This document shows, one piece after another, positions 24,101-36,000 of a stretch of DNA of 64,000 nucleotides; the first letter of the stretch is position 1, and the number at the start of each line of letters is the position of its first letter. The notes below the pieces were generated by a model. It was not told the DNA's origin and did no database searches. It saw only the letters and a program-made list of their open reading frames with translations. The stretch is from Podarcis vaucheri. Its lineage: Eukaryota. Where the stretch lies: assembly GCA_965113315.1 (NCBI GenBank), contig OZ220367.1. One strand, written 5' to 3'. A program made the translations under genes and the position numbers.

Positions 24101-26822
24101 ATGTGCTCAGCCTGGAAGAGGAAAATTACAAATCTTGGGAAATGTCAAAGAGATAACGTTCCTAGAAACACCACCAAAGCTTACCAGTCAAGAACTCTGT
24201 TAGCACTGACACTCCCATGCATAGAGGGAGCCAATGAACTTGCAGTGGGAGGCACACACTCCTGCATCACATGCAAAACTAGCGCCTGTTGCCAATTCTC
24301 ATATTAGGTAGGGTTTCACTTCTCAGGTAGGGTTTCAAATCCCTTTATGGCGATCACAGCCACTGCTTTGGAGCATCACACGAAAAGGGAGGAAAGGAGA
24401 GCCCACACAACACTGCACCCTCATAGTGCACTTGGTAGGATGGCCTCTTAAGAGGGTAGTTATTTAAGAAAGCATAGCAGGAGAAATGCAGACTGAGAAG
24501 AATTCAGCCTGGCATGAGCTATTCCATTTCTTACAGTGCAGTCTGCCACAACTTCCCCAGTTCTAGCAAGGCCGCATCCTTGCCACAGAAGATATTGCCA
24601 TGCACTTTTGCCCTACACATCCAGGCAGTAGATGCTTCTGGGGCCTGTGGATCTGGTCTTGGGTATGGTGACTTGACAGTAGGATTAAATCAAGCATGCA
24701 GATGCTATCTGGCCGCTTCCAAGAACGCCTGGTGATTTCTATAAAATTTGGTAGATTTGGGTTCATAGATATAATTGGATGTAAGCCATGTCCATTAAGG
24801 GCCATGCAGCATAACAGCTGAGTGAGAAGAGCAGAAGTCCTTGCTGCCTTAGCCATTGAGAGTGAAATAAATACGTTCCTCTTCTGTCAGGAGTCTTATT
24901 GGAAACGTGTATATATGCTGAGCCTATGGAACACTAGTTTCCTTTGCACATACTCCCTTTAGAATATACAGAAAGGCCATTGCATATTCTTGTGATCCTC
25001 CTCCTGTTTTGACAGTTACCAGAAACCCGTCAACTCCTGCGCCTAAGAAGGTTTGCTCATGGAACATCAGGCCTGATCTTTCTCACTGCCCTCTCAGGTA
25101 AAAGTCCCTGTCACTTTTGCACCAATCTCTTTCTTTTGAGAAGCAATAGACAGCATGGTCATGGATATGTGTTTCTTGCTTCATTTCCCATTGGGAGGGT
25201 CTAGACTTTTTCAATTCCAGGTTACTGAAATGCTTCCTCTTCATGCTGGTCAGACAACATCACTGGGAACTGTTTTGTGGCCTTGAGGGAAGGACCTAAA
25301 ACTCTCACCGTGATGGTTTTTAGGTGGCTTGTTCTATTACATTCATACTTACAAGTGTGACAGACTCTCTTCTCTGGAACTCTAGGGGCATTTGTGGCAG
25401 GACTGGATGCTGGTCTTGTATACAATTCATTTCCCAAGATGGGGGAACGCTGGATCCCTGATGATCTCCTTGCCTTTTCCCCAAAGTTGAAGAACATATT
25501 TGAGAATCCCACAACCGTGCAGTTTGATCACAGGATTCTGGTATGTTTCTTCCTCTTTATGCTCTTAGATAACACCTCTTTTTTAATTTAAAAGAAGGCC
25601 GTTCTTGGGTTTGTGTTCATTCCAGGTGGCAGTGTAACTGGGAATGTGGGAATGCAGGCCCCTTAACTCAGAGTAGAGCACTTGTTTGCATGCCTAAAGT
25701 ACTGGTTTCCATCTCCACTGTCTCTAATTAAAGGGTGCAAGTTACAAAGGGGGGGGGGTTAGTCTAAACATTAAGGAGAACATCATGATGACATGAGTTT
25801 TTTGAAAGAGGAGCAGACTGTCCCAGAAGTGATGGACTCTTTTTCAGAGGCTGGATTGTCAGGGATGCTGTAGTAGTGAGGTTCCTGCATTACCTTTGGA
25901 CTAGATGACCTTTTAAGATCCCTTCCAACTCCACTTCTAAGCCCTTTGTTGTCATTGCAAAGCTTCTCTGGTTCCCTCACTGGATATTTACTCTTTTCCC
26001 TTTAGGGAGTTTCCTCTGTCGCAGCCATTACAGGTCTGTACCTGTTTTCCAGGAAGATTCCTCTCCCACGGAGGACAAGGATGGCAGTTGCTTCCTTACT
26101 GGCTGTGGCATACCTCCAGGTATTAACTATGCCCTTTGAAACACCCTTTTAATTGTCACTTAGTAGTGTCCTCTGATGGAATGGCAGGTTTCCTCTTCCT
26201 TCCAGGTAGGTGCCTGCCTTCTCGTCACTGATAATGCTATCTTGGTTGCTGGTCCCAGGCATTTAAAACTGAAATTGGTGGGGACCAATTTTTATTTATT
26301 TATTTATTTGGCTTTGACGAACAAAGGGGGGAAATAGAGCTGCAGTCGTGCTCTTCTGTGGAAATATTGCACAGTGCTATGGTCACTGCCCTTCTCTGCC
26401 TTCTGGGTTTAAACTGAGAAGGCAAAGGGGGAACATCAGTACAGTTTCATTAGCATTTTATCATGAAGCACTATGACAGCTACCTCATCCTGTAGCAGGT
26501 TATTTACAGTGGGAGAGAGACGGAACATATAAAAATCCCTGTGCCAATTGCTTATGAAGCTTCTTGTGTATAATTCTGTGCTATAAGAATACGATGCAGA
26601 TGTATTGGCACATACTTCTACATTTCAGGTATACTGGTAAGCAAACTTTGCTTACGTCTGAAACTTCATTTTATTCTTGCTCCTCTGCAGGTCACCCTGG
26701 GCATCAGCACACTTCTCCTGTATGTCCCAACTCCTTTAGCAGCCACTCATCAATCAGGTTCCCTGGTACTGCTCAGTGTGGCGTTGTGGCTGATGCATGA
26801 ACTGAAGCGGATCCCGAAATAA
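20936..26822 (+). CDS. COX15: Cytochrome c oxidase assembly protein COX15 (heme A synthase), 9 coding exons, about 406 aa
   Basis: Exons: 20936-21007, 22248-22435 (alternative in-frame acceptor at 22221), 22994-23116, 23338-23524, 23802-23969, 25016-25097, 25386-25540, 26006-26119, 26691-26822. Arg/Leu-rich mitochondrial presequence; motifs [57 protein letters not shown]. Confidence 0.97.
25805..25940 (+). mobile_element. CR1 LINE 3' remnant in COX15 intron 7
   Basis: ttggactagatgacc…cccttccaactc CR1 terminal motif. Confidence 0.6.
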
Positions 26823-27351
26823 CCCTGCTTCCCTATTTAGCCATCCTCTGCTAGTGCTGAAGGTTCACGGTTGCTGCCTTTGCCCCACGTGTTGTATGCT
26901 CCTCTTCCTGAAAGCCTTAATTTGAACAGAAGGCGAGGCTGAGCAGCACCTTGATGTCATGAGTTGAAGTGCTTTGTTGCAAAACTTGGTGAACATGAAT
27001 CACCATCCTTTGCTTAAGGTGTGATGTTGACAAGGTGGGCTCTGGCAAGAATGATGGTCGCTTGAGGTGTGTCTCGCTTCCTGCTGAGCTATCTGTATGA
27101 GGCTACAGCCACGAGCCTTTTACATTCTTTGTAGGCTTGATATAGACAATGGATTATGGGGTGAGTGGGCCTAGAAATTTGGATGAATAGCAAATGAAGG
27201 CATTTCAGAACTGTATTATAAGGGTGATGGGTGGCCTAGTTTGTGGATTTTCTTTAGCAGAATGGGGTTTGAGTGCAATTTTTTGCATTAGAATATTGAA
27301 ATGTGCACTGTAATTTAACCATGCAGAAGACCCACAGTCCTTTCCTTATTT

Positions 27352-27357
27352 AATAAA
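27352..27357 (+). terminator. Candidate COX15 polyadenylation signal
   Basis: First AATAAA noted after the stop codon, about 530 nt downstream. Confidence 0.6.
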
Positions 27358-28639
27358 AAAAGTTTCTCAATATTTCTCAATATCTCAGTATTTTAAAACT
27401 GACTGTTCTTACAATGTCCCTATGCAATGTACCTTCATAAGAAACTGCTGCAGCAAACCAAAGGCTCCATTAAGTCCATCATCTTGTTCTCAGTGGCCAA
27501 CCAGATGCCTGTGGTAGCTTTCAAACAGGCACATGAGTGGGTTGATTTGGAACACGTTTCATTAACATCAATATCCACAAAGGATTTTTTCTGGGGAGGG
27601 TAGGGGGGAGTAAATGCTGCAAATGAGTAAATAAACATAACTAGCAGCAGAGAACATATCTAACAATTCTGGTGGATCAGGTGACGTTCCTAGACTTGGG
27701 TAGACCCCTGAGAAACTTGTATTACACATTTATCCCTTTCCTTCTCAGTGAGTTGACCTGCTACAATGGGTAGATGGCTTTTCACTCAGTGCTGATTCTT
27801 TCCTGGGCAGTGCTGCTACACTCAACTTCACAGTCTCCCACTTTGCTTCATTTCCCTAAAAAGCCCTATCATGTACCCTACAATTCAGAGTTTACTATAC
27901 TACTGCGGTTCCCTACCGCTGCCTCCCAGCAAAATGAGCCTAACATGGAATCAGCCCCAGCCCAGCCTGCTTCAATATAGGTATAATTATGGCAGATTGG
28001 CAGCAGAGTATCCTTTAAAGTGTTTGCAGATGCTGGGAGGGACATTTTTTGCTATGAAATGTGACTTTGAAAGATGATGGACTACTTACTGTCTTTGCTG
28101 CTACCTTTTTCTTTTATACATTACTTGCCAGTATTGGATATCTGACTTCTTTTCAGTGGGGTAGCATTCATTTCACAAGCAGTGAAGACCGGCATTAAAG
28201 GCTTTAAACCAAACCAAGAGCGGAGACACAGGTGTTTCACTCAAGTATTAAATTGGCTAGATCTAGTTTCCTTAATGTCATCCATTGCTTCATTCATTAG
28301 GTAGAAATTCATTAGGTAGAAATCAATGAATGTGCTTAGTGAGAGCCAGGATACTGAGGGGATGGGTGTCAGAAGGAGAAGGAACTGATACTGGTTTCTA
28401 TGTATTAGTAATGTTGCAGTAATGCAACATTTTTATACATAACATCATATTCGTAAAATTTTCTGATCAGCTTGTTTTCTGTACACCAGTTAGAGGAGTT
28501 TTTGTATTTTTTAAGAGTTATAGAAATGGCCTAAAATGGATAGAAACTCTGAAAGGTTGGAAGGGTAAGTCTTCTCACAAAATCAAGGTGGAGATTGGTG
28601 CCTGCACATTTTTGTTCATATCTGGGTCTACAAATTCTA

Positions 28640-29250
28640 TAACCTTTCTGTAGAGCGGGGCGGGGGGAATAGAAACCTGTAAATCTGGTGATCATGGCTC
28701 ATTAGAGGGAGCAACTACCCCAACCCCGGCGGACGCCTATACGATGCCCTGGCCTGCAACGATTCGAGTAAGATTCGACCTGCCTTCTCCGCTGCTCGCA
28801 ATACACCCTCCGAGGCAGCAGGGGGCGGTACGACACAGGCAACTCCATTCGGAACCGAGGCTCCAAAACACGGGGTCGCGAAGAGGGAAAAACACCGGGA
28901 GGGCGCACGGAATTCTGATTGGTTGCGGACCGGGCCAGAAGCGAAGGAAGCGACCGGCGTAGGGGCGGAGACTCACTCTTCTTGCGGTCTCGGCGGCGGC
29001 GGTGGCTTCTTGTCCTTCATCCCGTCGGTCGCTCCCAACCTGCCTCGCTATGACGGCGCACAGCTTCGCGCTGCCGATCATCCTCTTCTCGGTCTTCTGG
29101 GGGCTCGTGGGAATCGCCGGGCCGTGGCTCGTGCCCAAGGGGCCCAACCGCGGGTGAGGCTCCCCGCCCGCGCAGCCTCCGCCCGCCCGATCCATCGCCA
29201 GGTCTCACGGTCATCGCCATCGCCAAATAGATCAATATATGCATTGTGAT
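28640..29250 (+). promoter_or_regulatory. CpG-island promoter of ATP6V0E2
   Basis: CpG-rich stretch covering exon 1, with GC boxes and a reverse CCAAT (ATTGG 28918-28922). Confidence 0.75.
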
Positions 29251-30748
29251 CTATGATTGCGAGGGAAGGGTGGTGGTGGTCCCTGCTAAAGGCTTTGAGA
29301 ATATCTGTATCTAGATAGAAGAATAGATAGATAGATAATGTGAGAATGACCTATATATCCAAAAAGATCACTATATAGAGATACTGATATTTTGGGAGAT
29401 GACATGACACACACAAAGACTTTAGCAGGCACCAGCACCCGCTTCCCCCGCAAGTGCGACACTCGCAGGCTTTCCTTCTCCGCAGCCGCCTTTGGCCTTG
29501 AAGGCGGCCTGATCCACGGATGCTGTGAATGGGACTCCGCATCGCTTCAGACTGCCAAGTGTGTGTGGGGGGGGGGTCACATTTATGAATGCTCCATCGC
29601 GTTGGAAACACCAACGACCCTGCAAATAGCAAACTAGTATAGCAGCCAAAGGGCTGGGCTAGGGTATTTTTCTCTTATGAACACGGTATATAGGAGTCGG
29701 GGTGTGGGAGCAGGGAGGAAGAGCGTTGAGGAGTGCCTGATCTGGGAATCCTTTCTCCTGTGTGACCCCCTTGATTGTTTCAGTAACAGTACAATCCTAT
29801 CCATGTCTACTCAGAAGTAATTCCTAATATATTCAGTGGGGTTTACTCCCAGGTAAGTAGGGTTAGGATTGCAGCTTTACTCAATATTTTTTCTTTTTCA
29901 TTTTTTCACTTCACAGAGTGATTATTACCATGCTGGTGACCACAGCCATTTCCTGCTATCTCTTGTGAGTATTGCATAGGGGAGATAGGTTGTGGGTGTA
30001 GGGCTGGGTTGTACCCAGCAGGAAATCAACCACCCTCATAACTTTATCTAACTGGCTTCTTCCTGAATATTGGGAATCTAGGAAGGAATCCCAAATAGAA
30101 GAGGCTTTCCTGTATACACCACCATGGAGATGCTCAAGCCAGGTCCTTATTCTACACATAGGTGCATAAACAGCCTGCCTCTCTCTCATAAAATAAGCTT
30201 TTGGGTAATATTGGATCATGGTACACTGTCTCTTCCAATATGTCCTAGCATCATTCATGCATGATGCTCCCAGGACCCCATATATGAACAAGGAGTGGAT
30301 TTTGCATACCATAACAAGCCTTAGACCATCTCTGATCATACACCAAAGCACTAGATTGTTCTAGCTGCCCTAACATCCTGTCTGGCTCAGCTGTTATGCT
30401 AAGCTAGACACTCTCAGGCATAATGCACCAGGGCAGATCTTATCTCCTTGTAGTACATTTAAAGAACTACAAGACCTTGCTCCCTAGATTCTATATCCCT
30501 CCTACAGTGATACTGTCCTCTTTATAAGAATAACTGTTACTTGCAAAAATGACCTAGCAGTTATTTGCAAAATATGACCTTTTTGTATTTCAGCACTAGT
30601 GCAAAAGGAGTTGTGATCCAGTTTATATGTCTCCTTCCTATCTTTCCCTTGCAGCTGGCTTATAGCACTCCTGGCCCAGGCCAACCCACTGTTTGGACCC
30701 CAGCTGAAGAATGAGACCATCTGGTATGTGCGCTTCCTGTGGGAGTGA
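29050..30748 (+). CDS. ATP6V0E2: V-type proton ATPase subunit e2, 81 aa, 3 coding exons plus a non-coding 3' exon starting at 31270
   Basis: Exons 29050-29153, 29917-29964, 30655-30748 (104+48+94 = 246 nt) give [81 protein letters not shown]. The termini MTAHSFALP and WYVRFLWE are e2-type rather than e1-type. CpG-rich promoter upstream; AATAAA at 32038-32043. Confidence 0.95.
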
Positions 30749-32200
30749 ACTGGACCACTATCAACCAATTCAACAGGTACTTGCTCTATCCAGTGCTACC
30801 TAACCTACCTTACTAACACACAAATACATTAGATGCAACTCATTAATAGCTTGTAAGAAAAAGGAATCTATTTGCTTCCAGTTTACAAAGATTCCCTTCC
30901 TTGGTTCCTTGCCTGACTCACCTGTCAATGGCATAGCCCAGGGATGGGGAACTTATGGTTCTCTAGACCTTATTGGATTCTGACTCCTATTAGCCCAAGC
31001 CAATATAGCCAGTCAGGGATCATAGTCCAGCCACATGAGAATCATAGGTCCCATCCCTGGCTTAACCAATAGAACCAGAAAGGTACCTGTAATCTGTCTC
31101 CAATAGTGTTGCCACTCTGTGGTTCTATAGGACAGGTCACTTTCTCATTGTCTGTAAAAGGTAGCTATGGTAAATCTCACTGAAAGGGCAACAGGTTGAT
31201 TGTTCCCAGATATCTTCTATCCTGCTGGGGTAAGGTGAATACTAAGAAATCTTTTTCTCTTTTTCCTAGGCTTCCTTCTGATGCTAGATAACAGCTCCAC
31301 CCCTTGTCCTTTCCAGTACTAACTCAACGGATCTTTTGTTTGCACTCTAAATTTCCCCCCAGGAGTAGGGTCAGGACCCAAACATATGGACCATATCACT
31401 TGTTTAGCCATCTCCCACCTGTTTTAATTGATGCATCTTGGTGGCATCTGCTCTTGGGTTTGATGTTGTAACTAAATGTCCCTCTCTTGGCAGTTAGGGA
31501 AAATGTTAGGGAAATTTTGAAAGTCCTGTAATGAATGCTAAGGCTGAATAATTGCTGATGGAGCTCTGGAACACCCTCTTGGGCAAGATACAAGACACCT
31601 TCCTTACTTTTACATGGTGATGCTCGCAGAATAGATCTGTTCTCTCCCTATCTTTGTCCATTAGCAGTGAGGCTGCTGCACTAAGATACATCTGCCTAGA
31701 ATTCCCCCTTCCACTATTATTTATAATGTTGTGTATTTGTATTTATTGAGTGTAAACTGGTATCGTGAAAATAATTTTTTTTAGTATGTGAGCTTTCTTT
31801 GTCTTCTGTTAAAGAGATCTGATATGGGGCCCAGAAGTGCTTCAAAGTCAGCTAGGGTAATACTCCAGCTTCCATCCATAGCATCTAACTGGTATTGGGC
31901 TGAAATCAAAATTGGTGTGTGTTTCCTGACAAGGAGCACTTCAGTAAACTATCCGGGTGGTGTAAGCAACTAAGCCACTGCAAATTTCCAGACTAGGATT
32001 TATGATAGCAACCCTATTGTGTTCAGGACCATACAGCAATAAAGCAAGTTCTTTTCCTTAGGCCTACAATTGTAGATTGGTTCTCATTCTTGAGCAAAGG
32101 GGAGAAATTATGGTTTTTACAGCTAGTAGTGATCTACACCAACCAACAAGCTTCCAGCACAAGCAGCATCAAGAAACTCTGTTTACACAGTTCAGCATAA

Positions 32201-32206
32201 TTTATT
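32201..32206 (-). terminator. Candidate ENTPD7 polyadenylation signal
   Basis: TTTATT on plus, about 810 nt past the stop codon. Confidence 0.6.
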
Positions 32207-33017
32207 GCTACAGTAACTGGAGTTCAAGTATGAAAACAAATTCATAATTTAACTTAGCCCATAGTTGATTGAGTTTATGGGCTAGGTGTTGTTAAAACAA
32301 GTACCAGGGACAGCGTTCCACAGTTCAAGGTGGTCTTCTGTGAAACTTGGAACTGCTGGAAGCCCCAGTGCCGGGACAACAGCACTGAGACACACTGAAT
32401 GATGAGTAAATGTGGGATTTGAAAGGAGTGTGTGCAAAATGTATTTGTGGGGAGGAGTGTGAAGGAAGGCAGCAAATTATCTGCCTTGGTTTTTTTAAAA
32501 GGTTATTTCTTACCCTCAAGGAATCCTGTTTGCACGACTCCTTTTTTGGTCCTATCACAGACATCAACAGAAGTAGGGGGGGCGTGCTCATAGTAAAGCA
32601 CCAGAAAGAACCACTTTCTTTCCTTTTGCAGGAGAGCTGTCCATTTCTTGGCCACACAAGGTCCTTCTCCCTCCCTTCCTGAGTAAATCAAGTTTCTTTG
32701 GTCACTTTCAGCTATGCTGCCTTTTGCCCACTGTCAAGGGTAACAGAGATCAGCTTCCCTTGCCTCACAGCACCTGCAGTGTGATTCTCCCCCCGGTGGC
32801 TGGGGATTTCAGCCATGGAGGAAAATCTAGAGTTCATTAGGGTTGATCGGCTTGGGTTAGGGGCAAGTCTGAGCAGACACTGTTTAGGCCCTGGGGTTGG
32901 GCTGGAGTCCTGCAGAATTCTGAACTAGCCCACAAGAGAATCACAGCTTCTGGCCCATTAAAAGCCACTGCCAATAGGGCAGACCTGGAGAGAGTTCACT
33001 GAGAGGTAGTTCTTTTC

Positions 33018-36000
33018 TCAGGAGGCTGCCTCCTGTGCTGGCAGCGGCACCACCTCTGCTAGCCACAGCAGGTCCAGCTGTGCCACGTGCAACTGCTTCT
33101 GGTGGATGCGGCGCAGACGGAAGAGGTAGAGTCCAATTGCAAGCATCACCACAAGAATGCACACAAAGAAAAGATAGTGGTTATAAACAAAGGAGAGACG
33201 GAGCCAAGGGCTGCGAGGTTGGTGGATGCTCTCCTGGCGGAGATCCCTGAAAAACAAAGAAAAATCAGTCTGATGTTGAAATGTGAAGCTGCGCTAAGCT
33301 TGAATCTCTTGCAACTAGCAGACAAAGAAGCATTCCAGATACTGCAGGAAGTATGATTCCCAAATACCTGGCTTTTCTCAGGCCTATGCCCTACAGACCA
33401 TTTGTAAATAGATGAGAGGTGTCAAAAACTTAGGTTTTAGTTTTTTAACATTTAAGACACCATGTTGCCTACTGATAAAGGATCAATTTCCTTTTTATGC
33501 AGGCTCTGTGCTTCATTGAGAGTGCATTTGATGTCTCTCCCTTAGGTACCTCTTAAAAACATACCAGGTCTCTGCATGCATCTGCCTTCTCCTTTTCTGT
33601 TTTTTCAGAAAAGCAGTGCTGGCAGATCACTTGCTTTCTCAAGTTTAAAAAATGAAACTTCAGACTTTAAACACAGAGTACTGAACTCTTCCATGTTTCA
33701 AGCTCAATCCTATGCATGCTTATTGAGAGTAAGCCCTCCTCATCTTGAACTCTGTGAAGCTTACTCCCAAGTTCACATATTAAGATGACCGAGCACTCTA
33801 ATTAGGGCTAGAAAACCGGCATTTTACTCCTAGTCAAGCGCCATGGTCCAGTTCTTTACTGAAGACCTTGTTTGAAAGACTGATTCTGAAGTAACCAGAA
33901 GAACTCTACCACTCTTAAGATGAGAAAAGATGCAGTGGACAGCAATTTAGATTACCTGAGTGGCAGGAAGCGAGTTTTATAGAGAATGGCTCCCAGTGTC
34001 CATTGTACCTCACGATCATACACCAACTGGGCTGTGCGCAGACCAGAATAATCCTTGGGGAAATGAAAGCCTTCGTGCAGGACTTGGTGCATCCATGCTG
34101 ATTTGAAGCACTGGTACCTGCAAGCAGAGAATAGAGACTCGATCACAAATACGCTGGGCTGAGGCTCATCAGTTGAGAAGACTGCTGGGGGGCAATCTTA
34201 CCCCCACCCCTTCACCATCCATGGAAGAAGAGTTAAGGACCAAGCACATTCTCTGTGAAAGGGAAGAATGGATTCTTACTTGACACGGTGCAGATCTGCA
34301 TGTGCTGAGTATAGGTGGTCTCGGAACCTCTGGGTCAGTACGGACCAGCTCAGGCTGCAATAATCCTGGAAGGAGGCAAAAGACATGAGTGGGCACAGAA
34401 ACAACACCCCCTATCCTGGCAAAGTGGTCACATATTCTAGAGTCACCTGGGCAGCGCGTGTGAACGTGGGCATGTGGTACAGTCCTCCCAGGCGCAGCAC
34501 ATCTTCGGTGCAGTAGTAGAATTCAGAGAACCCATAGAATTCGCTGTTAACAAAGTCAATCGGTGCCTGATAGGTGTTGCGCAGAGAGACTGTGGTTCTG
34601 TTGTCTCCCGCCAGCAGGAGGCGCACTTGCTTCGCACACGACTGCCAGTCCCCCTGGCCCTTGATGTGCAGGGTCTGGCTGCCATGCTCCACAACATCCT
34701 CCAGTCCCACAGGCAGGCAGGGGTCCAAGACAGGCACCCCAGCATTTGCGCCAAGCTGCTCACCATGCAACCTGCAACGAGAGCCTAAGCTTCAGGATTG
34801 GGAAAACACAGACATCCCCAGCGGCAAGTTATGATCGGTGAGTTCTTCTGTGCCACCCCGAAACAGGCTAGAGGTATGCATGTGGACCATCAAAAACTTC
34901 TCCCATTGACCTCATCACTCAGGAAGCCTGCCTTCTACAAATAAACACACACCCTCTCCCAGGATGCCACACCTTGAACTTCTGGGGGCAGTGGAATCCA
35001 GAGCTGCCTTTAGCCAGGCCTTTTGAAACCTGGCAGCATGAGGACATCACCTGTTGTGGGTGATGGTCTGATTCAGCACCAGCTCTTCATAGCGCTGCCG
35101 GGCGTAGTTGCCCCCAAAGCCCAGGAAGGTGCTGACGTAGACTCGGTACACGTGCTTCGTGTGTTGCATGTCACAGCCAAGGTTGAAATCAGCAAGCAGG
35201 CTCTTGGCAGCTTCCTCCTGTCAGTAACAGAGGGGAGGGTGACAGGGGGAGGGAGAGCGGGAGTAAGAAACAGGGCCCAACCTAGACCATAGCACATATT
35301 TCCTTCCCAAGCTACACACCTCCTGCGGGGAAGAGAAGGACGTGGAAGTCGGCACCTCATAGGCGATTTGCAGAGAGGCACCTCCCATGTCCAGGATCCC
35401 AACGGTCCTCTTTCGCACCAGGGTTTCTTCCTGGCCAGCCAGGGTCACAGAAATCACTGCATCTTCCTCTACAATCGCAGAGGGAGGGAGAGAAAGAGAA
35501 AGAGAAAGAGAGAGTTGCCAAAGCAATGGAAAATGGAGATGGAAGATGGCACATCCCCATACCTCTTGGGCTGAACACTAGAAATGTCTACAGTTTGGGG
35601 GGCGGGGGGGGGGGGACAGACGTTCAGGAAGAACTGGGGATCAGATCTAGTCTCTCTTGCTCACCTTCACTCCTGCTAAACTGCAGAATGGGAAGGGGCC
35701 TTAGTTCAGGTCATGTGGGAAAGCCAATTCTCCATTCCTGCTGGGAATCGACCAAACTGTGCTGGAGATTCCCTCCCTCAAGAGGGAACTGAGCCAAAAA
35801 AGAAAACTTCTACCTACCCATTCAACTCCACTGTCCCTTTCCCGCAGTCTCACCTTCTTCGTGGTCAAATCTTCCCAATACAAAGTTGATGCCTATCCAA
35901 GAATAGACTCCTGGGAAATTGGGGTTGGGGGAAGAAAGAGAATCAAGAGCAATGTTGGGTTCCTTGAAGGTACAGGACTTGAGTAGCACCCTGTGAAGTT

